NCBI GenBank assembly: GCA_964548045.1 | Contig: CAZJQZ010000002.1 | Span: 1-52,063, forward strand | Direction: 5' to 3' | DNA from: an uncultured Dehalococcoidia bacterium | GTDB lineage: Bacteria > Chloroflexota > Dehalococcoidia > SZUA-161 > SpSt-899 | Length of the DNA stretch: 52,063 nt | Shown here: positions 1-8,921 of the stretch, piece by piece | Position numbering within the stretch: position 1 is the first letter of the stretch | How the letters are laid out: every line of letters begins with the position of its first letter | The notes under the pieces: model-generated | Seen by the model: only the letters and a program-made list of their open reading frames with translations | What the model was told of the DNA's origin: nothing | The model's database searches: none | Translations under genes and position numbers: made by a program

Positions 1-186
1 TCTCCTTACCCAATTGAACGCAATCCCGTCATTTGTACCGGTATTGGGTTACAAAAACGAATCTCACGCAAATTATACACTTACGCTCCCGGTGATAGCA
101 ATGAACCCTCTAAGGCTGCACTTGCACAACACGACCAGAAACCATATTATTGAATCAAGACCAAATCACGATAAGGAAATCATCAT

Positions 187-1218
187 ATGAAAGCTGCTCT
201 AATCTATGCGCCCGGCGATGTGCGTATCGAACAGGTACCCGATCCTGTCATCAAGCATGACGAGGTATTGGTGAAGGTCATGATATGCGGCATCTGCGGC
301 ACCGACGTCCATTACTATCGGGCAGGCGACCCTGCAATGAATGAAAAACCACTGATCCCCGGACACGAATTCAGCGGCGAAATCGTGGAGATCGGGACAA
401 GCGTCGAAGGAGTGAAGGTGGGTGAGAGAATAATCGGAACCGGTCTTCGCGATTGCGGCAAATGCTACTGGTGCCGGCATAAACTGGGGTTCTGCCCCAA
501 CCCGACAGTGCCGGGTGAGGGACTGGATGGAGCCTTTGCCGAATATGTGGTGGTGCCGAATCCAATGCCGGGTTCGCTCTTTTTCCAAATACCGGATGAT
601 TTCTCCTGGGATAAAGCTGCCACCGTCGAGCCAATATCAGTTTCCTGTTACGCTGTTGAGGAATCACGCCTCAAGAGTGGCGGGACCGTTGTGGTGCTGG
701 GAGCAGGGGTTATCGGGCTGGGCGTTGTGCAGGCATGCAAGGCCAAAGGAGCATCACAGGTAATTGTGAGTGAACCTTCCTCAATGCGCCGGGAAATGGC
801 CCGAAAACTGGGGGCCGATACAATCATCAATCCATTTGAAACCGACCCGGCCCCGGCAGTCACGGAAGCCACCTCAGGGCACATGGCCGATGTAGTCTTC
901 GAGTGCTCCGGAGCGCCGGTGGCCCTCGCGCAGGCAGGTCAGATGATCCAGCCTTTCGGGAAAATAATGCAGGTGGGAATTTACGAAAGGAACCCGGAAC
1001 TGTCCCCGGAGCAATCCAAGCTGATGTTCCAGTTCAGGAACGCAACCGTTCGCGGTTGCGGCGGACAGAGATGGGATAAAGCGCTGGAGCTTATGCAATC
1101 GGGGGAGATTCAAACGGATGATTTGGTCACTCAAACTTTCGCTCTGGATAACATCAGAGAAGCCTTCGAAACGCAGGCAAACTCGGATAAGGCAATCAAG
1201 GTGCTGGTGAACATTTGA
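187..1218 (+). CDS. Zn-dependent medium-chain dehydrogenase/reductase (threonine/sorbitol dehydrogenase-like)
   Basis: 343-aa ORF with the catalytic-Zn region GHEFSGEI, a structural-Zn Cys cluster CGKCYWCRHKLGFC and a Rossmann motif GAGVIGLG. Confidence 0.8.
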   Translation: MKAALIYAPGDVRIEQVPDPVIKHDEVLVKVMICGICGTDVHYYRAGDPAMNEKPLIPGHEFSGEIVEIGTSVEGVKVGERIIGTGLRDCGKCYWCRHKLGFCPNPTVPGEGLDGAFAEYVVVPNPMPGSLFFQIPDDFSWDKAATVEPISVSCYAVEESRLKSGGTVVVLGAGVIGLGVVQACKAKGASQVIVSEPSSMRREMARKLGADTIINPFETDPAPAVTEATSGHMADVVFECSGAPVALAQAGQMIQPFGKIMQVGIYERNPELSPEQSKLMFQFRNATVRGCGGQRWDKALELMQSGEIQTDDLVTQTFALDNIREAFETQANSDKAIKVLVNI

Positions 1219-1232
1219 GCTAGGAGGATGAT

Positions 1233-2444
1233 TCAAATACGGGAAAGTGTGGCCAGGCACTCGATATGATGAGTCTGAGGGAACAGATCAACCGGCAGGA
1301 TTTCTTCCAGCACGAACGGCCCTCCGCACAGTATTTTCAAGTCACGGGCCAGCGCACCGGGGTCACAGGATACATAGACGATGCGTTTCGGGGGGCTGGC
1401 TATGAGCGCCTCCAGAGCCTCCGGCCGGCATCCCACCCGAGGCGGGTCCAGAATGAGAACATCGGGCACCTGGGGAAGAGTCCCGATCACTGTCTCCGTT
1501 TTTGCTTCCATCAACTCCACATTAGATAAACCTTCTATATTGGCCCGGGCATCCTCGTTAGCAGAAGCTGATTCTTCAATAGCTATCACTTTCCCGACAA
1601 ACGGAGCCAGCAGCACCGCGAAGGTTCCCACCCCCGCATAGGCATCAACCACCAGTTCATCGCCCCTCAAGTCCAGCCGCTCCTGAATCAGTTGCCCTAT
1701 CTGTTCAGCTTGCGGGGTATTCACCTGAAAAAACGAAGGCGAGGCAATGCGAAAACGTCTGTCCTGAAGAGCTTCCACATAATGTTTCTGGCCGGACTCA
1801 AGCGGTATATCTTCGGACTTCATTGAGGGCTGGATCAGCCAGTCGCCGGTGTTCGTTCCATAGCGAACGGAAAGCTGGGTAGTCTCGCTGCAATGACCCT
1901 GAAGTTGAGAGAGAATATGATTGATCCCGGGGTGCATCAGCAGGCACTCATCAACGCGCAGGAAGCGTCGGCTATCCCGGTTCACAAATCCGAGCGAGCC
2001 ATCCCTTCGCACCGTGAAACGAGCATGATTGCGATATCCCAGAATTTGAGGCGAAGGCACCACCGGGGACACCGGAACATCCGGCATTTCGCCTATCGTT
2101 TCAAGGGCCTCAAGCACTATTTTTCGCTTGAGTTCCAGTTGATATTCGTAGCGGATATGCTGCCATTGACAGCCAGTGCACTGCCCGAAATAAGGACACA
2201 CCGGGGCAACTCGTTCCGGCGAGGCAGTCTTCGCATCGACCACCCTGGCAGAGGTCCTATTTTTCCCGCGCCAGATGATTTCAACTGTCACTTCCTCACC
2301 CGGGATACCCCCAAAAACAAATATCCTCTCCCCATCATGTTCGGCCAGGGTATCACCCATCCACCCCATCGCATCCAGCTTTAGATTGATAAGTTCGGGC
2401 GGCTTATCGTCTTTATCCGCAGGCCAATATCTTATGCCACCCAC
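1233..2444 (-). CDS. TRAM-domain RNA (uracil-C5)-methyltransferase, RumA/RlmD family
   Basis: 403 aa with an Fe-S Cys cluster CPYFGQCTGCQWQH, a SAM-binding motif VDAYAGVGTFA and a C-terminal catalytic region YVSCDP. Confidence 0.8.
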   Translation of the reverse strand: MGGIRYWPADKDDKPPELINLKLDAMGWMGDTLAEHDGERIFVFGGIPGEEVTVEIIWRGKNRTSARVVDAKTASPERVAPVCPYFGQCTGCQWQHIRYEYQLELKRKIVLEALETIGEMPDVPVSPVVPSPQILGYRNHARFTVRRDGSLGFVNRDSRRFLRVDECLLMHPGINHILSQLQGHCSETTQLSVRYGTNTGDWLIQPSMKSEDIPLESGQKHYVEALQDRRFRIASPSFFQVNTPQAEQIGQLIQERLDLRGDELVVDAYAGVGTFAVLLAPFVGKVIAIEESASANEDARANIEGLSNVELMEAKTETVIGTLPQVPDVLILDPPRVGCRPEALEALIASPPKRIVYVSCDPGALARDLKILCGGPFVLEEILPVDLFPQTHHIECLATLSRI

Positions 2445-2448
2445 ATTA

Positions 2449-3216
2449 TCACCACATTGAACAGGTCAAACCGCCATCGACGATGACCGTCGTGCCGGTA
2501 GCATATCCACCGGCTTCCGAAGCAAGGAAAATCACCGCCCCGGCGTACTCTCTGGCAGTGCCTGCACGCTTCAAGGGGATTCTATCAAAAAGGGATTGAA
2601 GCTGAGGCATCATCTCGAGACCCGTTTTAAGCTCGGGAGTTTCGATGAAACCCGGGGCCACGGCATTAACCCTTATATTATGTTGGGCCCATTCCACTGC
2701 CAGACTCATGGTCAGATTGACAACACCGGCCTTGGCAGCAGCGTAGGCCGCATTGCTGACCTGGGCTCGAAAAGCTTCCCCTGAAGCTATGTTGACGATA
2801 TTCCCACCACCTTGATCGATCATTGATCGGGCCACCGCTTTGGAACACATGAACGCCGACTTCAAATTGGTGTTCATCATCGAATCCCATGCCCGCTCGC
2901 TCATCTCCAGAGTTGCTCTGGGAAAAGACGCTCCAATCACATTCACCAGAACATCAATTCGGCCAAATTCGTCGAGTGTTTTCTTCACCATCCCATCAAT
3001 CTGTTGAGCTTCGCGCACATCCATCGGCACTGCCAGAGATCGCCTGCCCAGCTTGCGAATTTCTTCCGCCCAAGCTTCAACCCCCTCGGCAGTTCGAGCG
3101 GTAACCGCTACATCCGCTCCCGCTTTGGCTATCTCCAGCGCAATTCCGCCACCGGTAGATCGACTGGCGCCGGTAACAATGGCGACCTTCCCTTCCAGTG
3201 AAAACAACGAATTCAT
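2449..3216 (-). CDS. Short-chain dehydrogenase/reductase (FabG-like)
   Basis: 255 aa with the TGASRSTGGG (TGxxxGxG) cofactor motif and the catalytic YAAAK (YxxxK). Confidence 0.8.
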   Translation of the reverse strand: MNSLFSLEGKVAIVTGASRSTGGGIALEIAKAGADVAVTARTAEGVEAWAEEIRKLGRRSLAVPMDVREAQQIDGMVKKTLDEFGRIDVLVNVIGASFPRATLEMSERAWDSMMNTNLKSAFMCSKAVARSMIDQGGGNIVNIASGEAFRAQVSNAAYAAAKAGVVNLTMSLAVEWAQHNIRVNAVAPGFIETPELKTGLEMMPQLQSLFDRIPLKRAGTAREYAGAVIFLASEAGGYATGTTVIVDGGLTCSMW

Positions 3217-3281
3217 GTCAGCACCTCCTGTTCAATCAAACTTCACGCACCGAACGATTATACAACACTATCATCCCTTCA

Positions 3282-3298
3282 GGTCAAAGCATTTGACC
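3282..3298. promoter_or_regulatory. Inverted repeat GGTCAAA-GCA-TTTGACC in a divergent intergenic region (candidate operator)
   Basis: 7-bp perfect arms with a 3-nt spacer, lying between the divergently oriented SDR (minus) and SnoaL-like (plus) genes. Confidence 0.25.
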
Positions 3299-3352
3299 AA
3301 AAGAAGCCAAATCAGTTAGCATAAACTATCCTTTTTACAGGAGTGAACTATC

Positions 3353-3817
3353 ATGACTGACATGGTCGAAATCGAAAAAATCAAAAGATTGAAATACAAG
3401 TACTTCCGCTGCCTCGACAGCAAAAAGTGGGATGAACTGGCAGAGTGTTTTACACCGGATGCCAAAAGCAGCTTTTCCAGCGGGGCATACAGCTTCGAGG
3501 GTAGAGAAGCGATCATCGATTTCTTTAAAGAGGGATTGGCCCGGACCCGGCTCAGCATGCACCACGGTCATCACCCGGAAATTGAGCTCACCAGCGAAAC
3601 CACTGCCACCGGCATCTGGGCGCTGGAGGATTACCTGATCGATACTGAAGGCAACTGGTCCATGCGGGGAGCGGCCTACTATCGGGACGAGTATGCCAAG
3701 ATAGATGGTGAATGGAAAGTGAAATCCACTGGGTACGACCGCATTTTCGAGGAATTCTGGAACCGTGCCGACAGTCCGAGTTTGAAGATCACCCAGAACA
3801 TGTTCGCCGATTCCTGA
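3353..3817 (+). CDS. SnoaL-like / NTF2-fold protein
   Basis: 154 aa. The N-terminal pattern IEKIKRLKYKYFRCLDSKKWDELAECF is typical of SnoaL_4/BaiE-like NTF2 proteins. A good SD (ACAGGAG) precedes the ATG. Confidence 0.6.
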   Translation: MTDMVEIEKIKRLKYKYFRCLDSKKWDELAECFTPDAKSSFSSGAYSFEGREAIIDFFKEGLARTRLSMHHGHHPEIELTSETTATGIWALEDYLIDTEGNWSMRGAAYYRDEYAKIDGEWKVKSTGYDRIFEEFWNRADSPSLKITQNMFADS

Positions 3818-3946
3818 TACAAGTCAGGTTCGGGAAGCGCATGAAAAGATGAGAGTAAATCAAGGCTCTCCCGGCAGTTTTCTTACGGGCCATATTTCAC
3901 CACTCCAGTTGCAATCGAATACCCCGATACAGTACAATGCCAGCGT

Positions 3947-5308
3947 ATGGAATCCGGTGGCGAATTACGCAACCTGCCCGGAGTGGATAAGATCATCTCC
4001 GCTGAACGGATCGCAAAGCTCCGTGAGGAATACTCGCACGAAGCTATCGTAGATATCACCCGCCAGCAAATTGATGAACTCCGCACTTCCCTGCTTGCAG
4101 GAAACCCCAGCCCCGCTTTTGACGAAATCGTCAATTCAGTAGTAATGAAAATCGAAGCGCTGGGAACCATCGGGCCGAGGCCAGTCATCAACGCCACCGG
4201 GGTCATCATTCACACCAATCTGGGCAGGGCTCCACTGAGCGCCGAAGCCATAGCTGCCATGAAACCCGCATCCGAAGGGTTTACTAATCTGGAACTCGAT
4301 CTGGAGAGCGGAAAGAGGGGTTCACGCAACGTCCATGTTGAATCTTTGTTATGTCAACTGACTGGCGCCGAGGATGCCTTAGTGGTGAACAACAACGCCT
4401 CCGGAGTTCTGCTGGCACTGAGCGCCCTGGCCAAACGCAAGGAAGTGATCGTTTCCCGAGGGCATGCGGTGGAGATCGGTGGCAAGTTCCGCATCCCGGA
4501 CGTAATGCGCCAGAGCGGAGCCAAACTGGTAGAGATAGGCACCACCAACAAAACATATATTTCCGATTACGAAGAAGCTATCACCGATAGAACTGCGGCC
4601 CTGCTGCACGTTCACTTGAGCAACTTCAAGCTGGTAGGCTTTACCGAGGAAGTCTCAATTGAAGAATTGGCCAACCTTGGCAAACGGCATCAGGTAACCG
4701 TGCTGCATGACCTCGGCAGCGGCTGCCTGCTGGACACTACCGAATTCGGGCTGGCCTATGAGCCACGCGTCCAGGACAGCATAGCTACAGGAGTCGGACT
4801 GGCCATGTTCTCCGGCGACAAGCTGCTGGGCGGCCCGCAGGCAGGGATCATCGTGGGAGAAAAATCCCTGATCGCCAAACTCAAAAAACATCCGCTGGCA
4901 AGGGCAACCCGCATCGATAAAATCAGGCTGGCAGCGCTTTCGGCTACACTGATCCACTTTCTCAAAGGGGAAGCAACAACCAAAATCCCGGTCTGGCAAA
5001 TGATCGCTACTCCACTGACTGAAATAGAAAAGCGGGCCAAACGTTGGGCCGAGGAAATAGGCGCAAATGCTACCGTGAGAGAAGGGGAATCGACAATCGG
5101 GGGAGGGAGCCTGCCGGGAGGAACATTGCCTACCAGACTGGTTATCATCCAACCGAAAGGAAAAGTTCAGGATTTGGCCCGCAAACTGCGCGCCCAACCT
5201 CTGCCAATCATAGGCCGGGTGGAGAAAAACGCCCTGGCGCTTGACCCCCGCAGCGTCCTTCCAGAAGAAGACACCAACATGCTGAAGATACTAAAGAACG
5301 TGTTATAA
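3947..5308 (+). CDS. selA: L-seryl-tRNA(Sec) selenium transferase (selenocysteine synthase)
   Basis: 453 aa with INATGVIIHTNLGRAPL and the PLP-lysine region FSGDKLLGGPQAG, both characteristic of SelA. Confidence 0.9.
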   Translation: MESGGELRNLPGVDKIISAERIAKLREEYSHEAIVDITRQQIDELRTSLLAGNPSPAFDEIVNSVVMKIEALGTIGPRPVINATGVIIHTNLGRAPLSAEAIAAMKPASEGFTNLELDLESGKRGSRNVHVESLLCQLTGAEDALVVNNNASGVLLALSALAKRKEVIVSRGHAVEIGGKFRIPDVMRQSGAKLVEIGTTNKTYISDYEEAITDRTAALLHVHLSNFKLVGFTEEVSIEELANLGKRHQVTVLHDLGSGCLLDTTEFGLAYEPRVQDSIATGVGLAMFSGDKLLGGPQAGIIVGEKSLIAKLKKHPLARATRIDKIRLAALSATLIHFLKGEATTKIPVWQMIATPLTEIEKRAKRWAEEIGANATVREGESTIGGGSLPGGTLPTRLVIIQPKGKVQDLARKLRAQPLPIIGRVEKNALALDPRSVLPEEDTNMLKILKNVL

Positions 5309-5971
5309 ATCGCTTTTCTTCTCATCATCAGCCCATGCACCCGCACCAATCAGCGGCACAAATCTGCACCCTCCGAGGTCTTTGGTGGAAATTCCCCATT
5401 TCCCCTTGGTAATTTTCAACAGCTTTTGTTCGTGACGGCCACCCACCGGGATTACCAGCCTGCCTCCCGGAGCCAGTTGATCCACGAGAACCGGGGGAAC
5501 ATCCGGGGCAGCAGCAGTGACAATGATGCCATCATACGGAGCCCCTTCGGGCCAGCCCAGTGTCTCTTCAGCCGGATGAATCTCGATATTCTCATAGCCC
5601 AGACTTTCCAGTGTTTGCCGGGCCAGTTCAATGAGTTGAGGGTGACGTTCCACGCTAGTTACCTGCCTGGCCATACCGGCCAGTATGGCCGCCTGATAGC
5701 CTCTGCCGGTTCCAATCTCAAGTATCCGATCCTGACTGGCAATATCCAGAGCACTGGTCATCAGGGCGATGATGAAAGGCTGGGAAATGGTCTGCCCCAT
5801 TTCGATGGGAAGAGGATTATCATCGTAAGCTGAATTCCGGCTGGGCGCAGGGACAAACAGTTCCCTCGGAACAAGTTCCATCACCTCGATAACCCGTTCA
5901 TCGTTAATACGTTGCGACAGTCGATGGAACAGCTGAGTTTTGGCCATTTCGAGGTCACTATCGCCCTGCAT
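5303..5971 (-). CDS. pcm: Protein-L-isoaspartate O-methyltransferase
   Basis: 222 aa with the motifs QTISQPFIIALM and ILEIGTGRGYQAA. The stop codon overlaps the last sense codon of convergent selA. Confidence 0.9.
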   Translation of the reverse strand: MQGDSDLEMAKTQLFHRLSQRINDERVIEVMELVPRELFVPAPSRNSAYDDNPLPIEMGQTISQPFIIALMTSALDIASQDRILEIGTGRGYQAAILAGMARQVTSVERHPQLIELARQTLESLGYENIEIHPAEETLGWPEGAPYDGIIVTAAAPDVPPVLVDQLAPGGRLVIPVGGRHEQKLLKITKGKWGISTKDLGGCRFVPLIGAGAWADDEKKSDL

Positions 5972-5973
5972 CT

Positions 5974-6366
5974 CTATTCCTCAGGCACGTACTTGGAAGC
6001 ACATTTGGTGATTATCTCCACAGCATCAAAGTGGCCATCCGGGAACAGTTCACCTTTTACGGTAACACCCCGCCCCTCGCTGAAGTTATCCGGTTCCGCT
6101 TTGGCATAAAACACCCGAATGCTATCACTTTCATTCTCATCTACCAAAACAAACTCCAGACGCAAAGAATGGGAATCATGCACCACGGAACCTTCCCCCA
6201 CTTTGCCGTCAACCCGAACCGTCTCTCCATAAACAGATTCTCTATTTTCCAGCAACTCGCTGACCGTGTAAGCCTTCATCGAGCAACTGCTCAAAGCAGT
6301 GAAAAAGATAGCCCCCACTGCAATGCATATCAAGATTCCGCCAATGATATATCTTTTCTTACGCAA
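5974..6366 (-). CDS. ccmE: CcmE-like haem chaperone, CxxxY variant
   Basis: 130 aa with an N-terminal TM anchor and an OB-fold core. The stretch PDNFSEGRGVTVKGEL resembles E. coli PDLFREGQGVVVQGEL. The C-terminal KCASKY replaces the canonical KHDENY haem-binding motif. Confidence 0.6.
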   Translation of the reverse strand: MRKKRYIIGGILICIAVGAIFFTALSSCSMKAYTVSELLENRESVYGETVRVDGKVGEGSVVHDSHSLRLEFVLVDENESDSIRVFYAKAEPDNFSEGRGVTVKGELFPDGHFDAVEIITKCASKYVPEE

Positions 6367-6435
6367 TCTTCTATCCTCGTTTACGTACTCAATTAATTAT
6401 ATAACAGCCAAATGATAAAGACCAAATCCGGTTTG

Positions 6436-6464
6436 TTGTGGCTTAGAACTGGAGCTAGTATAAT
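6436..6464 (+). promoter_or_regulatory. Candidate sigma70-type promoter (TTGTGG-17 nt-TATAAT) giving a near-leaderless thiL transcript
   Basis: A perfect TATAAT sits at 6459-6464, only 8 nt before the thiL ATG (6473). No SD sequence lies between them. Confidence 0.25.
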
Positions 6465-6472
6465 CTGAATCG

Positions 6473-7468
6473 ATGAAAGTGAGCGAACTGGGCGAATTCG
6501 GATTGATCGATATTATGCATCGGATAGTCGCTGAACCCGCAGCAAATTCCGGCCTCATGCTGGGCATCGGCGATGATGCGGCGGCATGGCGGTGTGACGA
6601 ATCAGTGCAGCTTGTCACTACGGATATGCTGATCGAGGGCATACACTTCAGTCCGAATACAACTTCGTGGCATGACCTGGGATGGAAATCTCTGGCGGTG
6701 AATTTGAGCGATATTGCGGCAATGGGTGGAACGCCGGTGCACGCTCTAATCTCACTTGGGCTGCTCCCGGAGACAGAAGTCGAGCAGGCGACTGAACTCT
6801 ATCGAGGCATGGCCGAGATCGCCCGCGAATTCGGATTGAGCATTATCGGAGGGGACACCACTGAAGCCCCGGTACTTATTATCAGTCCAACTGTGACCGG
6901 CCGGACAGAAAAGGATCAGCTGATGACCCGCTCGGGAGCGAAACCCGGCGATCTGATTGCGGTTACCGGGAATCTGGGAGCATCGGCTGCAGGATTGAAA
7001 CTTTTGCAGGGGGAAATTCATCTCGATTCGGAAGCAGAATCCAATTTAAAAAACGCGCACCGCAGGCCCTTTCCGAGAATCAATGAAGGGAAAATATTAG
7101 TGCAATGCGGAGTGAAATCAGCTATCGATATCAGCGATGGGCTAATCGCTGATCTGACTCATATCTGCCAGTCAAGCCAGGTGGGTGCCAGGGTATTTGC
7201 CGAGAACATCCCCATCCATCCGAATGTAGAAAACTGCTTCCCCGAAGAAGCCCTTTTTCTGGCACTTTCCGGGGGAGAAGATTACGAATTGCTGTTCACC
7301 GCTCATGAGGAAATCATCGAAGCCGCAAAACAGCATCTTTCGGTTTCAATAACAGTAATTGGAGAGATTATCAGCGAAAGTCCGGGGAACGTGACAGTTT
7401 TAGATAAAAACGGAAACCCGATCATCCCTCAAAAGGTTGGATGGGAACATTTTGATAAAAGAAGATAA
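6473..7468 (+). CDS. thiL: Thiamine-monophosphate kinase
   Basis: 331 aa with AIR-synthase-like fold motifs GIGDDAAAW and IIGGDT. Confidence 0.9.
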   Translation: MKVSELGEFGLIDIMHRIVAEPAANSGLMLGIGDDAAAWRCDESVQLVTTDMLIEGIHFSPNTTSWHDLGWKSLAVNLSDIAAMGGTPVHALISLGLLPETEVEQATELYRGMAEIAREFGLSIIGGDTTEAPVLIISPTVTGRTEKDQLMTRSGAKPGDLIAVTGNLGASAAGLKLLQGEIHLDSEAESNLKNAHRRPFPRINEGKILVQCGVKSAIDISDGLIADLTHICQSSQVGARVFAENIPIHPNVENCFPEEALFLALSGGEDYELLFTAHEEIIEAAKQHLSVSITVIGEIISESPGNVTVLDKNGNPIIPQKVGWEHFDKRR

Positions 7469-7940
7469 CATATTTGAAATCCCTACCCACAACCCCGAAC
7501 AAACACAGCAATTCGGAACCGAGATCGGCAAACTGGCACAGGCCGGCGATCTGATATTGCTGGTGGGGAACTTGGGAGCAGGGAAAACCTGCCTCACCCA
7601 GGGAATCGCCTGGGGAGTGGGCTTCGATGGTTACGCCTCCAGCCCCTCTTTCGTGCTGGTTAAGGAATACCCGGGCAGGTTGATACTTTACCATATCGAC
7701 CTCTACCGACTCGATGATATCGAAGAAATCTCCGAACTGGGCATTGATGATTATCTTTACGGCGAAGGCATTTGCGTGGTAGAGTGGGCAGATAAGGCTC
7801 CGGATTATTTCCCTTCGGAGCATCTAATCATCAGCATCGAACACATATCGGAGTCTGAGCGTCACTTACGGTTACAGGGAAACGGGCCCAGATACACTCA
7901 CTTGACGGAGCAACTGAAAGAAAAATGGAACTTGCCATAG
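7437..7940 (+). CDS. tsaE: tRNA t6A37 biosynthesis ATPase TsaE
   Basis: 167 aa with the P-loop GNLGAGKTCLTQG followed by HIDLYRL. It has a TTG start overlapping the thiL 3' end. Confidence 0.85.
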   Translation: MDGNILIKEDNIFEIPTHNPEQTQQFGTEIGKLAQAGDLILLVGNLGAGKTCLTQGIAWGVGFDGYASSPSFVLVKEYPGRLILYHIDLYRLDDIEEISELGIDDYLYGEGICVVEWADKAPDYFPSEHLIISIEHISESERHLRLQGNGPRYTHLTEQLKEKWNLP

Positions 7941-8641
7941 ATACATCAACAAACACAGCCGGCATTGCCCTATCGCACCAGGGACTAGTGACAGACGAAT
8001 TCATCTGGCAAACAAATCACAACCACACCGTGGAACTTGTTCCCAACATGATCGGGATGCTGGAAAAACATCGACTGGCCATCACCGATATCTCAGCTAT
8101 AGCGGTCGCCAGAGGGCCGGGCAGCTTCAACGGATTGCGGGTCGGGCTGGCCACAGCCAAAGGACTGGCCTTTGCTCTCGGAATTGGGCTGGTCAGCACA
8201 GGCACGCTGGATATCATCGCTTTCGCCCATGCCGACTCCAGAATCCCTATTTGCGCCATTCTGCAAGCAGGCCGAGGAGAAATAGCTACAGCCATCTTTC
8301 AAAAACATGACGATGACTGGCAAAAAACAGTGCCGGAACACGTGACTACTATTAACAGCCTGCGTGCGAAAATCAATGAGCGAACGATCTTTTGCGGAGA
8401 GATCAGTGAAGAACAACAGGCTCAACTGGCAGACAAACTGGGAGAAAAAGCATCTTTCCCACAGGAAACGGCTATTCAAGGCAGAGCAGGGTGTCTTGCG
8501 AAACTCGGATGGTGTAAAATAGAAGCCGGGGATTTTGATAACCACTCAACACTTCAGCCTTTATATTTGAAAAAACCTTCCATCACCAAGCCCAAAAGGA
8601 GGAAGAATGATGCGATGTCCAATATGCGGACGGGAATGTAA
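7925..8641 (+). CDS. tsaB: tRNA t6A37 biosynthesis protein TsaB
   Basis: 238 aa with LAIDTSTNTAGIAL and ARGPGSFNGLRVG, typical of YeaZ/TsaB. It overlaps the tsaE end. Confidence 0.85.
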   Translation: MELAIDTSTNTAGIALSHQGLVTDEFIWQTNHNHTVELVPNMIGMLEKHRLAITDISAIAVARGPGSFNGLRVGLATAKGLAFALGIGLVSTGTLDIIAFAHADSRIPICAILQAGRGEIATAIFQKHDDDWQKTVPEHVTTINSLRAKINERTIFCGEISEEQQAQLADKLGEKASFPQETAIQGRAGCLAKLGWCKIEAGDFDNHSTLQPLYLKKPSITKPKRRKNDAMSNMRTGM

Positions 8642-8729
8642 TGACGAATCGGAACTGATGGCCTGTATCACCTCTCACATGCAACAGGAAGTAGCCAACA
8701 ATCTCAGGAAATGCAGCGGGTTTACCTGA
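8607..8729 (+). CDS. Candidate 40-aa Cys-rich micro-protein (zinc-ribbon-like)
   Basis: Not in the ORF track because it is under 60 aa. AGGAGG lies 5 nt before the ATG. Translation is MMRCPICGRECNDESELMACITSHMQQEVANNLRKCSGFT. It overlaps the tsaB 3' end in another frame. Confidence 0.3.
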   Translation: MMRCPICGRECNDESELMACITSHMQQEVANNLRKCSGFT

Positions 8730-8905
8730 TGATGATGGCAAGCCAGTTGACTATGGCCAGTGTAAGCACTCATACGGCCCCGCAGGATGTGGTTAACACA
8801 TTCCGGGAAGTCTACGGACTCATTGAAAATCTGGTGGACAAGCGTGATGTAAACGCCGAGATCGATCAGTGGCTACAGCACCGCAAGAAGAATCCCGAAG
8901 AATAA
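8711..8905 (+). CDS. Hypothetical small protein
   Basis: 64-aa ORF with no recognisable motif. It fills the gap before the next gene, and its start is uncertain because there are several Met codons. Confidence 0.35.
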   Translation: MQRVYLMMMASQLTMASVSTHTAPQDVVNTFREVYGLIENLVDKRDVNAEIDQWLQHRKKNPEE

Positions 8906-8921
8906 TCCGGCGAGGAGCATA

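Noticed and set aside
3818-3946. Possible tRNA-Sec (selC) or other tRNA next to selA and in the other intergenic gaps.
   Set aside because: I saw no T-arm-like GGTTCGAATCC-type sequence or cloverleaf pairing in any gap over 60 nt. AGGTTCGGG at about 3828 lacks matching acceptor and anticodon stems. This was inspection by eye only, so a tRNA scan should confirm it.
6492-6838. A 15-nt exact repeat GCGAATTCGGATTGA occurring twice inside thiL.
   Set aside because: About one such 15-mer coincidence is expected by chance in a 52-kb window. Both copies encode the same short peptide, EFGL.
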